Numbered from the stretch's first letter, positions 28,140 to 38,854 are shown. The stretch: 64,000 nt of DNA from Clostridia bacterium (GCA_017456905.1 JAFTIL010000025.1:438-64437); one strand, 5' to 3'. Notes: generated by a model not told the origin, from the letters alone. Translations and numbers: made by a program.

Positions 28140-28637
28140 ATGACAAAAAAAATAGTTTCTATTTTTGATATACTGCTATACATAGCTATATGTATACCTT
28201 TCTTAACAATTTCAATATCAATTTTTTTGTTTGGAAGATTAAATGATTATGTTTGGATTTTATCGCATTGGTATTTGCTATTATTATTTGCCGTTGGTAT
28301 AATAATACCAATTGTGGGATTCCCTTTAATCAGATATGTCACAATAGATGATGGTGAAGTCGTATATTTTTATTATGCCTCTTTTACAACCAGCTGGGAA
28401 AAAATTGCTAATAGTATTGATGAAAAATGGAATCAACGTTTTTATATTTCTGAAATATCTTCTGTTGAAATTGTCAAATTAACAAAGGATGAGAAAAAAA
28501 GATTGGTTTATCTAAAGCATTTAAGAAACAAATATTTGAAAATAAATTTGAAATATGGTTCACCCAAATATATTTTTATAGGAAACTATTCAAATTTACA
28601 AATTCAAAAGATGATTAAATTATTTGTATCAAAATAA
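28140..28637 (+). CDS. candidate cognate immunity protein (membrane, 165 aa)
   Basis: GGGAGGG RBS 14 nt after the toxin stop. Two TM helices. Very AT-rich. Confidence 0.55.
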   Translation: MTKKIVSIFDILLYIAICIPFLTISISIFLFGRLNDYVWILSHWYLLLLFAVGIIIPIVGFPLIRYVTIDDGEVVYFYYASFTTSWEKIANSIDEKWNQRFYISEISSVEIVKLTKDEKKRLVYLKHLRNKYLKINLKYGSPKYIFIGNYSNLQIQKMIKLFVSK

Positions 28638-28789
28638 GTGACTTGTTTAAAGAATATAAGGTGTTCATAATAAAATAATACTATTTTAATATCCTTAAAA
28701 ACATAACAATATTCCGTATAATAATGTTGTAATAAAAAATAGAGCTTTTTCTTATATCAGTAAGATGCCCACAACAAGGAGTATAATTA

Positions 28790-29818
28790 ATGAAAATTAA
28801 ATGCTTACTTTCCACCGTCTTTTGGCTGATACCCTGTATTCTCCTTCCTTCCTGCGCCCTAGACAAAGGAGAAATCAACGAAACCCATCTCCTTGACACC
28901 ATAGCAGAAACTGTGACAATTGCGGAAACCGAGACCGAAGAACCGATTACCGAAGATAAAACCCCTGCTAAGCCCGAAATTCCTGAGTTAGATAGTTACC
29001 AAGGTATGACCGCAGATATCCCCTATACCTTGCAGTTTCAATCCAATGGAGATGGTACTTGCGTTGTCAGCGGGATCGTAGCCAATCTTCTGTATGAAGG
29101 AACTTACACGGTTGAAATTCCCGAAACGTCACCCGACGGCGAAACCGTCGTGGGTATGTATCCTCCCAAGGCTACCTACAATCTTCCTCGGTATCTTACT
29201 GTTGAGGACTATGAGATCTTGGACGGTTGGATCGAGGATTACGTCAACAAAGGTATCGAGCAAGGCGTATTTGAGAACGACATGAATCTGAGAAGATTTC
29301 GGTCATACTACGTCCTGCGTAGCGCCGCGCTTTCTTCGACACCCGAGCTGAGGGATGATCTGATCGCACAATATCCCTTGTGCGAGTATGTGCCCGTGTA
29401 TGCCTTGGATCCGGCTATCACGGAAATCCAGCTTGCCAATATCTCGCAGTTGATCGAATCGGCTGCTCCTTGGTATACCACAGATTGGTGTTATGCCGGT
29501 CTGCTCTCCATGCAAAGCGTCGCCGGTCTGATGGGAGTTCAGGACGTGTATCTGGAAAGATGTCTTTCCGAGCACAGCTACCATTTGGAGAATGCGGATG
29601 CTGTCCGAATTCCCAAAACCGTCACGCAGTTTGGCGACAGCCTGACTACTCTTTCGTATTTGGGCGCAAGCCTGCTGATTTACGACGGAACTATGGAGGA
29701 ATTCAAGACCATCGTCGATGTGGAAATGCCCACCATGTGTCCGCTGACCGTGCAATGCACCGATGGTGAGCTGACCTTCGATGTTAGCGAGACACGGTAT
29801 CCCGTTTTTGCAGAGTGA
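28790..29818 (+). CDS. lipoprotein, function unknown
   Basis: AAGGAG RBS. Signal peptide with lipobox LLPSC. Confidence 0.6.
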   Translation: MKIKCLLSTVFWLIPCILLPSCALDKGEINETHLLDTIAETVTIAETETEEPITEDKTPAKPEIPELDSYQGMTADIPYTLQFQSNGDGTCVVSGIVANLLYEGTYTVEIPETSPDGETVVGMYPPKATYNLPRYLTVEDYEILDGWIEDYVNKGIEQGVFENDMNLRRFRSYYVLRSAALSSTPELRDDLIAQYPLCEYVPVYALDPAITEIQLANISQLIESAAPWYTTDWCYAGLLSMQSVAGLMGVQDVYLERCLSEHSYHLENADAVRIPKTVTQFGDSLTTLSYLGASLLIYDGTMEEFKTIVDVEMPTMCPLTVQCTDGELTFDVSETRYPVFAE

Positions 29819-30322
29819 TTCTTGTTTCTCCCATTGCAGAGTGATATGCTCTGTAATGGGAGAGTAGGGAAGAATCAATTTTCTCTACGCCAAATTATAT
29901 GCTAAGGGCCTTCCGGCCGAACAGAGAAATCTGTTTGTCGGGGAGGCTCTTTCTTACTGTGTGGAGGCTTGTCTACATTGGTGGACAGAGCGTATCAGAA
30001 AAGTCTTCGCTGTCAAGGTGAAAAAACTTCGCTGAAAACAAAATTCAACAGACATGGATGCAAACTTTTTTCTTGTACTCAAAAATAGCTTGCTCAGAAC
30101 CTTGACTGCCGCAGACTTTTCCGATGGGGTGTAGGTGCCCTTTGGGCAGAAAGGAGAAAAGTGTATGCAGATAAGAGCAAGATACAAATTAGGGCGAAGC
30201 CAATGCAAGTGTGGCTCAAAAGTGTCCGGTAACATCGCAAAACTCGCCACATCCGTCAGTTTACATTTGTACGCTAAACGTGTATGCTTATGGGTGAAAT
30301 CAAAAGAAAGGAGATTGCACCC

Positions 30323-31840
30323 ATGAAAACAGCCGTTATCTATGCCCGCTATTCCAGCGAGCGACAAACCGAACAATCCATCGAAGGTCAGCTCAGAGAG
30401 TGCATGGCCTACGCCGAGCATCACGATATGATGGTCGTAGATACTTACATCGACCGAGCCATGACCGGCACTAATGACAACCGAAATGATTTCCAGCGTA
30501 TGCTAAAGGATGCACAGAAAAAGGCGTGGGACGTCGTACTGGTGTACAAGCTTGACCGCTTCTCACGAAACAAGTACGAAATGGCGATCCACAAGAAGAC
30601 ATTGCGGGATTACGGCATATCCTTGGTGTCTGCCAAGGAGCATATTCCTGACGGACCCGAGGGCATCATTCTTGAATCGCTCCTTGAGGGCATGGCGGAA
30701 TACTACTCGGCAGAGCTGGCGCAGAAGGTCAGCCGAGGGATGAGGGAGACCCGCATCAAGGGCAACTACGCCGGAGGAGGGATCCCTTATGGGTACAAGG
30801 TCGAGAATCGGAAATTTGTTGTTTCCGAGGATGAGGCGCAGGTCGTCATCCGTATATATGAGATGTATGCCTCGGGGGTGATTGCAAAGAACATTATCAA
30901 GGCCCTTACGGATGAAGGGATCATGCACAGTTCGGGTAAGCCGTTTACAAGGGCCATCATATACGGCATCTTGCAGAACGAGCGTTACATCGGAGTGTAT
31001 CATCATAAAACCGAAGGTGCCTACACGCAAACCTTCCCGCCAATTGTTCCACAACACCTGTTCGATACAGTTCGAGCCATCGCGGAAGGTAACCGTCATG
31101 GCAAGCATCCCGAGGACGTGGTCTACTTGCTTCGTAACAAGCTCAAATGCGGTTACTGCGGTAAGTCGATCACATCCGAGTCGGGAACATCACGAAATGG
31201 TTCTGTTGTTCGCTATTACAAATGCAGTACGCGGAAAAAGGATTCGACCAAGTGCCACAAGACACCCATCCGCAAAGAGATACTGGAGCAACTGATCGTG
31301 GATGTTACCCTTAAGGTCCTAAACAATCCGCAAACCATTAATGCGATTGCGGACCGCGTATTTGAAGCTCACGAAAAGCGGATAGCTGACACGTCGGTGA
31401 TCAACATTCTGGAAGCCGAGCGAGACAAGATCCGCAAGGCTCTCGACAATATGCTCAACGCCGTGGAGCAAGGCATTATCACCAGCTCTACCAAGCAACG
31501 CATCGAAGAATTGGAAGCCGCCTTGGAAGTTGCAGAAGGAAAGGTATTGGTGGCACGATCCAAGAGCAAGGTGCAGATCACGCCGGAAGATATCAAGAAA
31601 TTTATCCTCAAAGCTCTCAAAAAAGAACCTCGGCTGATGATCAAAACGCTCGTGAAGGAAGTGATCCTATACGATGACAAAGTGGAAATCTACTACAACT
31701 GCATAGATAAGAAAAAACCCGATGACTTGGATCATCGGGCTTTTTGCATATATAGGCAAGATTGCGATATTGATCCGAAGGATTTCGGGTTGTATCGGAA
31801 CGTAGCAGGGTATGCATTCGCATTAGAAATGTACTTTTAA
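30323..31840 (+). CDS. large serine recombinase
   Basis: N-terminal resolvase domain AVIYARYSSERQ (catalytic Ser) ...VLVYKLDRFSRN. Recombinase domain. Zn-ribbon CGYCG...YYKC. Coiled-coil C-terminus. AAAGGAGA RBS. Confidence 0.9.
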   Translation: MKTAVIYARYSSERQTEQSIEGQLRECMAYAEHHDMMVVDTYIDRAMTGTNDNRNDFQRMLKDAQKKAWDVVLVYKLDRFSRNKYEMAIHKKTLRDYGISLVSAKEHIPDGPEGIILESLLEGMAEYYSAELAQKVSRGMRETRIKGNYAGGGIPYGYKVENRKFVVSEDEAQVVIRIYEMYASGVIAKNIIKALTDEGIMHSSGKPFTRAIIYGILQNERYIGVYHHKTEGAYTQTFPPIVPQHLFDTVRAIAEGNRHGKHPEDVVYLLRNKLKCGYCGKSITSESGTSRNGSVVRYYKCSTRKKDSTKCHKTPIRKEILEQLIVDVTLKVLNNPQTINAIADRVFEAHEKRIADTSVINILEAERDKIRKALDNMLNAVEQGIITSSTKQRIEELEAALEVAEGKVLVARSKSKVQITPEDIKKFILKALKKEPRLMIKTLVKEVILYDDKVEIYYNCIDKKKPDDLDHRAFCIYRQDCDIDPKDFGLYRNVAGYAFALEMYF

Positions 31841-31987
31841 ACTTTTTTGACAAATTATTATATAATCTTGAAAGGACTTAAACGAAAGATAGGGGGCGTA
31901 CGGTTAGCAACAGCACGCCCGCCCTGTGGTCAATTGTCTTTCAAAAATCTCCCATGAATTATAAACCAATACTAACTGTCTGTGAAA

Positions 31988-34495
31988 TTAAACAATCCGT
32001 TCTTTCAGTTTGGTATAAAGACTCAATTGTTCATACAAATACAAATCCGAAAAATAATCACGGTAGAACTTGTTGGGAGAAATTTGGTTTATGGGCTCTT
32101 CACTATCGCAGTAGCGCCCAATGGCTGCGTATACGTTATCCCCCTCTAGAAGATAATCTTCATAATTTGCCGAACACAAGTCATCGTAGTTAACAGGATC
32201 CACCTTGTTCGCTATCTGTTTCTGCGCGGCGTCTTCCAAAATATCGTTGAAATATCGAACTTTATAGTCATGAATATTTCCCCGACTTCTAGAATCCTCT
32301 AGATATTTTTCGCTTGCTTGATTGGCCACTTTGACAGCGAATCTGCGAAAATCCAAATCTTCCATTTGCCAACAGTAGTATATTATGGCATAAAAGATTG
32401 CGTTGGCAATGATATTTGTTACATAACCCGACGTGCTTGTTCCATATAATTCGTCAACAATTGATTTGATGTGACTCGTCAATGGTTTAATCGCGTCGTC
32501 TTCTGTAACCGCATCAACAAACCCTTCATCATATGTTTGTTTTTTGATGGCTTCTATTTCTTTTTCATCACGTTTTTCCTCCTTGGCCTTTTCGGCTGCT
32601 TTTTCTACCTTTTCCTTCACATCCTTTTTTATTTTATCATCGTTTGGCTTAAATTGATATTCAGAAAATTTCAAATACTCTCCCCAAATCATAGCCTTCA
32701 GCAAGTATGGATTGGGTGTCATATTGTGCTTTAAACCAAGATACCCATAACCTTGACCCAATTCATCTGTAAAGTCCTGTATCTGTAAGAAGCGCTTATC
32801 GTTAGCTAAATCCTTAGCCCTGTATTGACTGAAGGTGTGGTGAATAGAGCAGATCCGCAACTGTTTGTACGGGTTGTAATAAAAATCAAAAATAAGTCGC
32901 CCGGCAGCCAAACCTATGCCTGTCTCTTTTGTAACAACATCAACATGATCGCACGCTTGAATGGTCACGATCTGTCTGCGATCAAACCAAGACAACCGAT
33001 CATGAATGTATTTGCCATCACCACAGCGACAAGTATACTCCACCCTTTTTACCGACTTACTAAAAATCGGTTTAGCATCTGCATTTACAAGCTCATTAGC
33101 ATTCTCAATGGGTTCTTGGCCTGATTGGGCATTATTAGATGACTTGGGTAAGTCAAGGTATGACCGAACAATCATATCCGATTTACGTATATAATTTGTT
33201 TCGTCAAACATCTTCAAGAAAGGAGTATGACATTTCTCGCAGAACATAAGATTAGGAGAATTCGTAATCTCGAAATATTCCCGATCCCATTCCTGAGCAT
33301 CATCGCAAAGGCGGAAGAGCCAGGACAGCGGATCCCGCGAGAATTGCATTTTGTAATGAAGTGTCTCCCCCTTTCGCTTGCTGTAGTAAAAATCAAGCGT
33401 GTGGTTATAGATAATGACAATACCGTACTCCAACGCAACCTGCTGCTCAATAGGCAGCGCATGGATGCGTCCGGTTTTGTGGTAATGCAACGCCAACAGC
33501 AACGCGGATAGCGTTCCGTGATCTCGATCCTCGAATCGTTCCTTGATCTCCTTGGGATCAACGATTTGAAACAACAGCGTATCACTCAAAAGATCCTGCA
33601 GTTGGCTGAATGTTACACTCTCGTTATCCAGCAAAACATTGAGTGGCGGGAAAAACTCGATGGCACGATCCTGTGTCTCGTAGCAGTGAGCGATTGGATA
33701 CCCAATATCGTGAAACAATCCTGCGATTGCGGAAGCCGCATACGCAATGTATCGCATGAAATAGCAGTCTGCGGGTTCCGCATCGGGGAGATGGTCCTTC
33801 TCTGCGGAAAAATTGTTTTTAATCACTGTCTTCACGTCTGAAGGATATTGCTCAAACTGATACTTCCACTTGCGTCGCTCGCTGTGAATGTACTCTGACA
33901 ACTTGCCGACAGAGGGGTTGAACAGATATTTCATAACATTGTAATAGATGTACCGATTATTCAACAGGGAATACATCATATACACATTTCTCATTTCATG
34001 AATAAAATGATCGCGATAATAGCTGTTCCGATGCTCTTTAAAATTCAGGTTTACATGCATGCTCCATTCGAAATCCGGATAATCCTCATCGTACAGAGCA
34101 GAGAGACCGGGAATGCCGATGTAATCGACAATAAACTTTTCGGCAACGGTTTCATAGAGATCCTGAAACTCCATAGCCTTTTCCAAACTGCCGTATACCA
34201 GTTTGGTATTCATAATCATGGAGGCTGTGTCATGAGGCTCTATGTTCGTAGGCCTTTTGTCACGCTCGTAAATCAGGATGTTATCTCGATCATCATTGGT
34301 GAGAGAAAACTTGTCCCAATCTTTTTTTGCTTTTATTTCTGACTGAATACGGCAACCATACTTATACGAAAGGGGATCAAAATAGTCATCAATCCGATCT
34401 TCAGTCTGATCATCAGACTGAAGATCAAATTCAACATCAAAATGATCATGTTTGATATAATCGCGGAAATTTTGAGTATCAAACCGTATGCTCAT
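31988..34495 (-). CDS. HD-domain protein (dGTPase/SAMHD1-like motif pattern) with a Cys-rich ribbon and a long helical C-terminus
   Basis: 835 aa. Ordered motifs DHFIHEM, LFHDIGYPIAH (compare HDxGxxPFxH), DRDHGTLSAL and LCDDAQEWDREY (compare DVDKWDY). CEKCH...CRCGDGK. ATGA overlap with the upstream gene. Confidence 0.7.
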   Translation of the reverse strand: MSIRFDTQNFRDYIKHDHFDVEFDLQSDDQTEDRIDDYFDPLSYKYGCRIQSEIKAKKDWDKFSLTNDDRDNILIYERDKRPTNIEPHDTASMIMNTKLVYGSLEKAMEFQDLYETVAEKFIVDYIGIPGLSALYDEDYPDFEWSMHVNLNFKEHRNSYYRDHFIHEMRNVYMMYSLLNNRYIYYNVMKYLFNPSVGKLSEYIHSERRKWKYQFEQYPSDVKTVIKNNFSAEKDHLPDAEPADCYFMRYIAYAASAIAGLFHDIGYPIAHCYETQDRAIEFFPPLNVLLDNESVTFSQLQDLLSDTLLFQIVDPKEIKERFEDRDHGTLSALLLALHYHKTGRIHALPIEQQVALEYGIVIIYNHTLDFYYSKRKGETLHYKMQFSRDPLSWLFRLCDDAQEWDREYFEITNSPNLMFCEKCHTPFLKMFDETNYIRKSDMIVRSYLDLPKSSNNAQSGQEPIENANELVNADAKPIFSKSVKRVEYTCRCGDGKYIHDRLSWFDRRQIVTIQACDHVDVVTKETGIGLAAGRLIFDFYYNPYKQLRICSIHHTFSQYRAKDLANDKRFLQIQDFTDELGQGYGYLGLKHNMTPNPYLLKAMIWGEYLKFSEYQFKPNDDKIKKDVKEKVEKAAEKAKEEKRDEKEIEAIKKQTYDEGFVDAVTEDDAIKPLTSHIKSIVDELYGTSTSGYVTNIIANAIFYAIIYYCWQMEDLDFRRFAVKVANQASEKYLEDSRSRGNIHDYKVRYFNDILEDAAQKQIANKVDPVNYDDLCSANYEDYLLEGDNVYAAIGRYCDSEEPINQISPNKFYRDYFSDLYLYEQLSLYTKLKERIV

Positions 34496-35865
34496 TTATC
34501 CTTGTCCTCCTTTTTTTCTCCTGTTTTCCAATTGTAGCCGTCTTCATTCCGGTACGCTTCGCCCGCTGTAATCACAAAAGGAGTATCAAGGGTGGAGGAT
34601 AATGCCAACTTGGGATCAAATTTGTACTGTATTACTTTATCGGAAACAATATGGGCCGTTTTTTGGCCTCCCTTATTATATGTAACCCCGCCAGGAAAAA
34701 CTCGTCCAACTTCGTCTGTTAAAGGTGTTATGGGGGCCTTTTCAATTTTTTTCTGATGCTTATTTACAATTGGACCACTAACATCAAATACCTGATTGAA
34801 AACAAACTGGATGGTAGTGGGAAACGCATTGTTATACGAGGTGGTATGGACATAGTCCTCCACCCAAGTCAAATTAGCCTGAATGTGTGCAACATCATAT
34901 GTTGAAACCACGCGCAACTCCAAGCCGGCCTTTTTTTTCTTTACTTTTTCGTCTTTCTGAAGAATATCGTAAATACACTCCGAATAGGGATCGGAATTGG
35001 GGGGCATATCAAAAATTACATGTGTAAATTTTTGGATGGAATTATCATTAAGCTTTTGGACAAAACTTCGTAGCACCTCTTTGTAATAACGAATACTAAC
35101 TACACTTCGGTATCCGCTGGCGTTCTTAGGTTGGAACATATTTTTTACCGCTTGCTCGGGCGAAGAAAATACGATATGTAGATTTTCACTGACAATAACA
35201 GCATTTTTCTCCTCAACGGTGACATCGGAGGATACATTTTCACCATTTCCATCGTTTGCGCTGGCGTCTTTTCTTTTAACCGCATAATCTCGCCAAACAA
35301 CAGTATCTTTTAATTTGGCATAGTCTTGAATTACCAGATCGGTAAAATATCTTTTTTGCTTGTCTTCATGTTTCTCAGATTGACACACTAAATATATTGA
35401 TCCGTTCAGTAAACCCGAATCGACCATTGCAATGTCGTTTTCTGATTGCAGAGAGCCGTCGCCCTTTATTTTTCCATCAACAAATCTCTCCAAACAGGTT
35501 CCCAAAATATCCATGTCAATGATAATTACATTTCGTTTGGGATCCTCTTCCAGCAACTCAATGGCCGTGCGAAGCGAAACAGAAGACTTGCCGCAACCAC
35601 CCTTTACAGAAGTTACTATTATGTATTCAAGATCATGGTTATCTTTCGAAGTAGCATCAGTAGCTTTAGCGGAACTGTCAGCTGCACGATTATTGGAAGA
35701 GGTTACTTTTCCTTGGTTCTCTGCAACCTTTTGGGCTATCTGCTCGAAACTTTGTTGGGGTGAAATTGCAGAAATACTCTCGCCGTTTTCGTCAAGGATA
35801 TTCTGTTGTGTCAAGTCGGATCCTTCTTCAGGCATTTGGGCCATATTTCCTTTTTTACTATCCAT
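34492..35865 (-). CDS. ParA/MinD (SIMIBI) type ATPase with an N-terminal low-complexity extension (start uncertain, 35844-35910)
   Basis: Deviant Walker A VTSVKGGCGKSS. A' motif IIIDMDILG. Walker B-like HVIFDMPPNSD. Confidence 0.7.
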   Translation of the reverse strand: MDSKKGNMAQMPEEGSDLTQQNILDENGESISAISPQQSFEQIAQKVAENQGKVTSSNNRAADSSAKATDATSKDNHDLEYIIVTSVKGGCGKSSVSLRTAIELLEEDPKRNVIIIDMDILGTCLERFVDGKIKGDGSLQSENDIAMVDSGLLNGSIYLVCQSEKHEDKQKRYFTDLVIQDYAKLKDTVVWRDYAVKRKDASANDGNGENVSSDVTVEEKNAVIVSENLHIVFSSPEQAVKNMFQPKNASGYRSVVSIRYYKEVLRSFVQKLNDNSIQKFTHVIFDMPPNSDPYSECIYDILQKDEKVKKKKAGLELRVVSTYDVAHIQANLTWVEDYVHTTSYNNAFPTTIQFVFNQVFDVSGPIVNKHQKKIEKAPITPLTDEVGRVFPGGVTYNKGGQKTAHIVSDKVIQYKFDPKLALSSTLDTPFVITAGEAYRNEDGYNWKTGEKKEDKDK

Positions 35866-35904
35866 AACAAAACGGCAACAGATACCATAGCACCGTATCT
35901 GTTG
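35866..35904 (-). terminator. intra-operon hairpin (possible partial terminator/attenuator)
   Basis: CAACAGATAC-9 nt-GTATCTGTTG followed by CCGTTTTGTT on the minus strand, between gene 1 and gene 2 of the operon. Confidence 0.4.
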
Positions 35905-35981
35905 CCTCACTTCCTTTCTCTGTTTGATTTTGTTTTACTGTCGCAAAGGTTTTTTCGGAGAAAATATTATTGATTTTGAAA

Positions 35982-38675
35982 TTACCGATTTTTTATAGCG
36001 GAAGTTTTTGCGTTTTCGTAAAGCTCCAACGCCTGACATCCGCAAATCTCACATGCTTTATAGATTTCGTCAAACAGCCTCAACTTTCCAAATTCCTCAT
36101 CCACCTTTTTTACCTCGTCCATTAAATACAGCAGGTAGTAATACTCAATATCCGGTAAATATCCGCTTAACCGCTTGAGCGTTCGGACAACAATCCAGCG
36201 GTCAGGAAGAAGGGTTGACGGAATTTTGCAAACATCCTCAATTTCATTTTTGTGTTCGGCCGGTAAAGACTCTACCCCCGGAACTTCAGAAACTTCAAAG
36301 GTTGTACGATAGTCTTGCTCATAATGCAATTCAAGCAACTGATAGTGAATCGCATCCTCCCAGTATCTCATCCGGCTATACAGAGTGTCTTTTAAAGCGT
36401 TTTTATAACAACACCTAAAACTACCATCGCGAAGGTTCAAAATTTTATTGAATAACTGTTCCAAATAACTTGTGAAGTCCCGACGATAATCTTCGGATAT
36501 TGCGCCCTCTCGATCGTACCAATGAATAGTATAGTGCGCTGTTTTCTCCAAATGGTCATACTTCGACTTAAAGCAAATAAAAATTTGCTTGGTTGCACGA
36601 ATCAAATCATGACTTCCCGGCTGAGAATCCTTCAAAGAAAGTATTCGGTACAACTGAGAAGTTTCTTCCGCAGAGATATTAACATCATCCAACCACTCAT
36701 AATTAATGTGTTTGAACAAATTCCAAAACGTAAACCAAATAAAATCCTTTTGAGAGCCTTGTTCGTGCTTGTCGGAATAGAATTCAAACGACCTATTGGG
36801 TTTTGATTTGAAAGTGAATAAACGAAAGCTTTTTCCTCGGAATTGTTCTTCCCGAGCCACATTCCATTTGACTGCACGCGTGTTTTCCGCACTATGTGAG
36901 GCAGACAACATCACGTGCACATGCATGTTGCGGTGTTTCTCTGTGGTGGTTACTTTCCGCAATTCATCAATCAAATCTTCCTTAATCGCGTATTCAAAAT
37001 GGCCTTCGTAATCCATAACCCCCAGGCCAAACATGTTGAACTGACGAACCATTCTTCTTACGGGCAAATTTGTTGGAGGAATCAAACTGATTTTTTTCTC
37101 TATGGATTCATACGGGAAATTTACTGCACGGGTCTTAATCCAATCTTTAAATTGATCAAGGGGATAATCGGATTTGGGAACAACGTCTGTCTTGTACAAC
37201 GCAGGGCAATCTAAAATAAAAATCACATCGTGCGCGCCCTCTACGTCGCTTCTGACCTCTGAGTCAAATTTCCCCAAAAAGTATTGCAATGCGCGCGGAT
37301 TCAGATACGGGCGTTGCTCTGGACTGCTATCCCGATATAGTATTACCGGGCAATTCCCTAATTTCAACTCTTTATATTCCAATTGGACTGCATTAGCATC
37401 GATAGAAATCCAATTTTTCGATTTATTATATTCATTATACTTATTGCACTTTTCATCCTTGGCGTTGTAATACACACCGTACTCAAATTGGTATTCCGGA
37501 TATTGTCCCGCAAGATATTTATGCAGGCAACTCAATCCGCGAGGTGAGTTTTCGTCAAGATCCACACTATTCACTATAAGAATTCTTATCTTCTTATTCT
37601 TATTCTCTGGCGCTTCAATCTTGGTTTTATACTCCGTAATATAAGCACTAATCTTTTCTATCAAACGAAAAGGCTCAATGTTCTCAACATGCGATTTGTG
37701 ATCAATACGGCAACAAGACGGATAACAATCATCATCCTCCATAGCAGTGATATGGACACGACCATGTTTTATCGTTTTCAAATAAAAATAATTAGCTATG
37801 CTTTCGTTCAAAAACTCAGCTGTTAATTCCAGCATTTGCTCGTTCTTCTTATCGTCGCTATGATTCCATTGATCAACCAGTTCAGCTATCATTTGACCCA
37901 CGACAATATAGTTCTCCACATAAACAGGAGAGAAGAAACGATATAGAAAATAATGATTATTCTCTTCTTTATTTGTTTCTCCGCGTCCTTCTGTTTTCGA
38001 TTTATCCAAATAACCCGATACTAACGCCATTCTGGTAACATCGTCGTTAATCAACTCGTTGCTGTAGAGATTGCAACATACAACAATTTCAATCAGTTTG
38101 CGATAACTCTCCAAATATTTTTTAGCCCAAAATATCGCAATCTGAATTAATTGAAAAGACTTTCCAATTGCCTCATTAATCTCTTCTTGAGAAATTTTAC
38201 CTGTTCCATCTTCCAGTATTGATCTGAGCAAACTCAAAAGGTCAAAAGAAAGAAGATCTTTCAACCGATCAACTTCCTCGTGCATCTCCCTACATATAGC
38301 AATGATTCTTTCGCCTTCCTCTTGGTTGTAGATTAGAGATGCTAAGTGTGATCCAATACCATGCCATTCGGGCAATTCAACAAAGCCCTCGCTTGCCTCT
38401 TTCGAATTCTGTCCATTCAAGTAGAAGAAGTGCAAGACATAATAGGAACTGAGGCTATCTTGTATTAGCTTAGCACGCTCGTCGGGGCGGTCGTTCAATT
38501 GGACTTCATCATCACCAAATAGGGTTGATTCATTGTTCAAAAAAACACTTCGCCAGGAAACAATCTCCTTCAAAAAAGTTTTCCAGTCATTAACGCCGAA
38601 AAAACTTTTTCTCTGGCTTCGGGGGTGTTCAGTCCCTTTAACGATTGTTTTGTCGTTGTTTTCATGAGTATCCAC
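35982..38675 (-). CDS. large protein with no recognised domain (897 aa)
   Basis: GTG start with AGGAGGGG 7 nt upstream. No Walker A, nuclease or TM motif was seen by eye. AT-rich codon usage shared with the two downstream genes. Confidence 0.65.
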   Translation of the reverse strand: MDTHENNDKTIVKGTEHPRSQRKSFFGVNDWKTFLKEIVSWRSVFLNNESTLFGDDEVQLNDRPDERAKLIQDSLSSYYVLHFFYLNGQNSKEASEGFVELPEWHGIGSHLASLIYNQEEGERIIAICREMHEEVDRLKDLLSFDLLSLLRSILEDGTGKISQEEINEAIGKSFQLIQIAIFWAKKYLESYRKLIEIVVCCNLYSNELINDDVTRMALVSGYLDKSKTEGRGETNKEENNHYFLYRFFSPVYVENYIVVGQMIAELVDQWNHSDDKKNEQMLELTAEFLNESIANYFYLKTIKHGRVHITAMEDDDCYPSCCRIDHKSHVENIEPFRLIEKISAYITEYKTKIEAPENKNKKIRILIVNSVDLDENSPRGLSCLHKYLAGQYPEYQFEYGVYYNAKDEKCNKYNEYNKSKNWISIDANAVQLEYKELKLGNCPVILYRDSSPEQRPYLNPRALQYFLGKFDSEVRSDVEGAHDVIFILDCPALYKTDVVPKSDYPLDQFKDWIKTRAVNFPYESIEKKISLIPPTNLPVRRMVRQFNMFGLGVMDYEGHFEYAIKEDLIDELRKVTTTEKHRNMHVHVMLSASHSAENTRAVKWNVAREEQFRGKSFRLFTFKSKPNRSFEFYSDKHEQGSQKDFIWFTFWNLFKHINYEWLDDVNISAEETSQLYRILSLKDSQPGSHDLIRATKQIFICFKSKYDHLEKTAHYTIHWYDREGAISEDYRRDFTSYLEQLFNKILNLRDGSFRCCYKNALKDTLYSRMRYWEDAIHYQLLELHYEQDYRTTFEVSEVPGVESLPAEHKNEIEDVCKIPSTLLPDRWIVVRTLKRLSGYLPDIEYYYLLYLMDEVKKVDEEFGKLRLFDEIYKACEICGCQALELYENAKTSAIKNR

Positions 38676-38707
38676 TCTCGTGCCCCTCCTACATTAAGCA
38701 ATTCTCC

Positions 38708-38733
38708 CCACCCTTGATTAAAATCAAGGGTGG
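38708..38733. promoter_or_regulatory. 26-nt near-perfect palindrome in the 5' leader of the operon
   Basis: ccacccttgatta/aaatcaagggtgg lies between the predicted promoter and the gene 1 start. Confidence 0.5.
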
Positions 38734-38854
38734 AAGAGTAGAATAACTAATTTATTTTAACATTATTCCATGTCCTCGGTACAAATCCTACATGTATGCA
38801 ATTTAAATTTTTTGTAAATTTTTCGTTATCGGCTTTCCTTCGTCCTACATACTA

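Noticed and set aside
30135-30326. 63-aa + strand ORF and 156-aa minus-strand ORF upstream of the recombinase
   Set aside because: No RBS or motif. The region is better treated as non-coding DNA that may contain the element end, which cannot be pinpointed without a comparison sequence.
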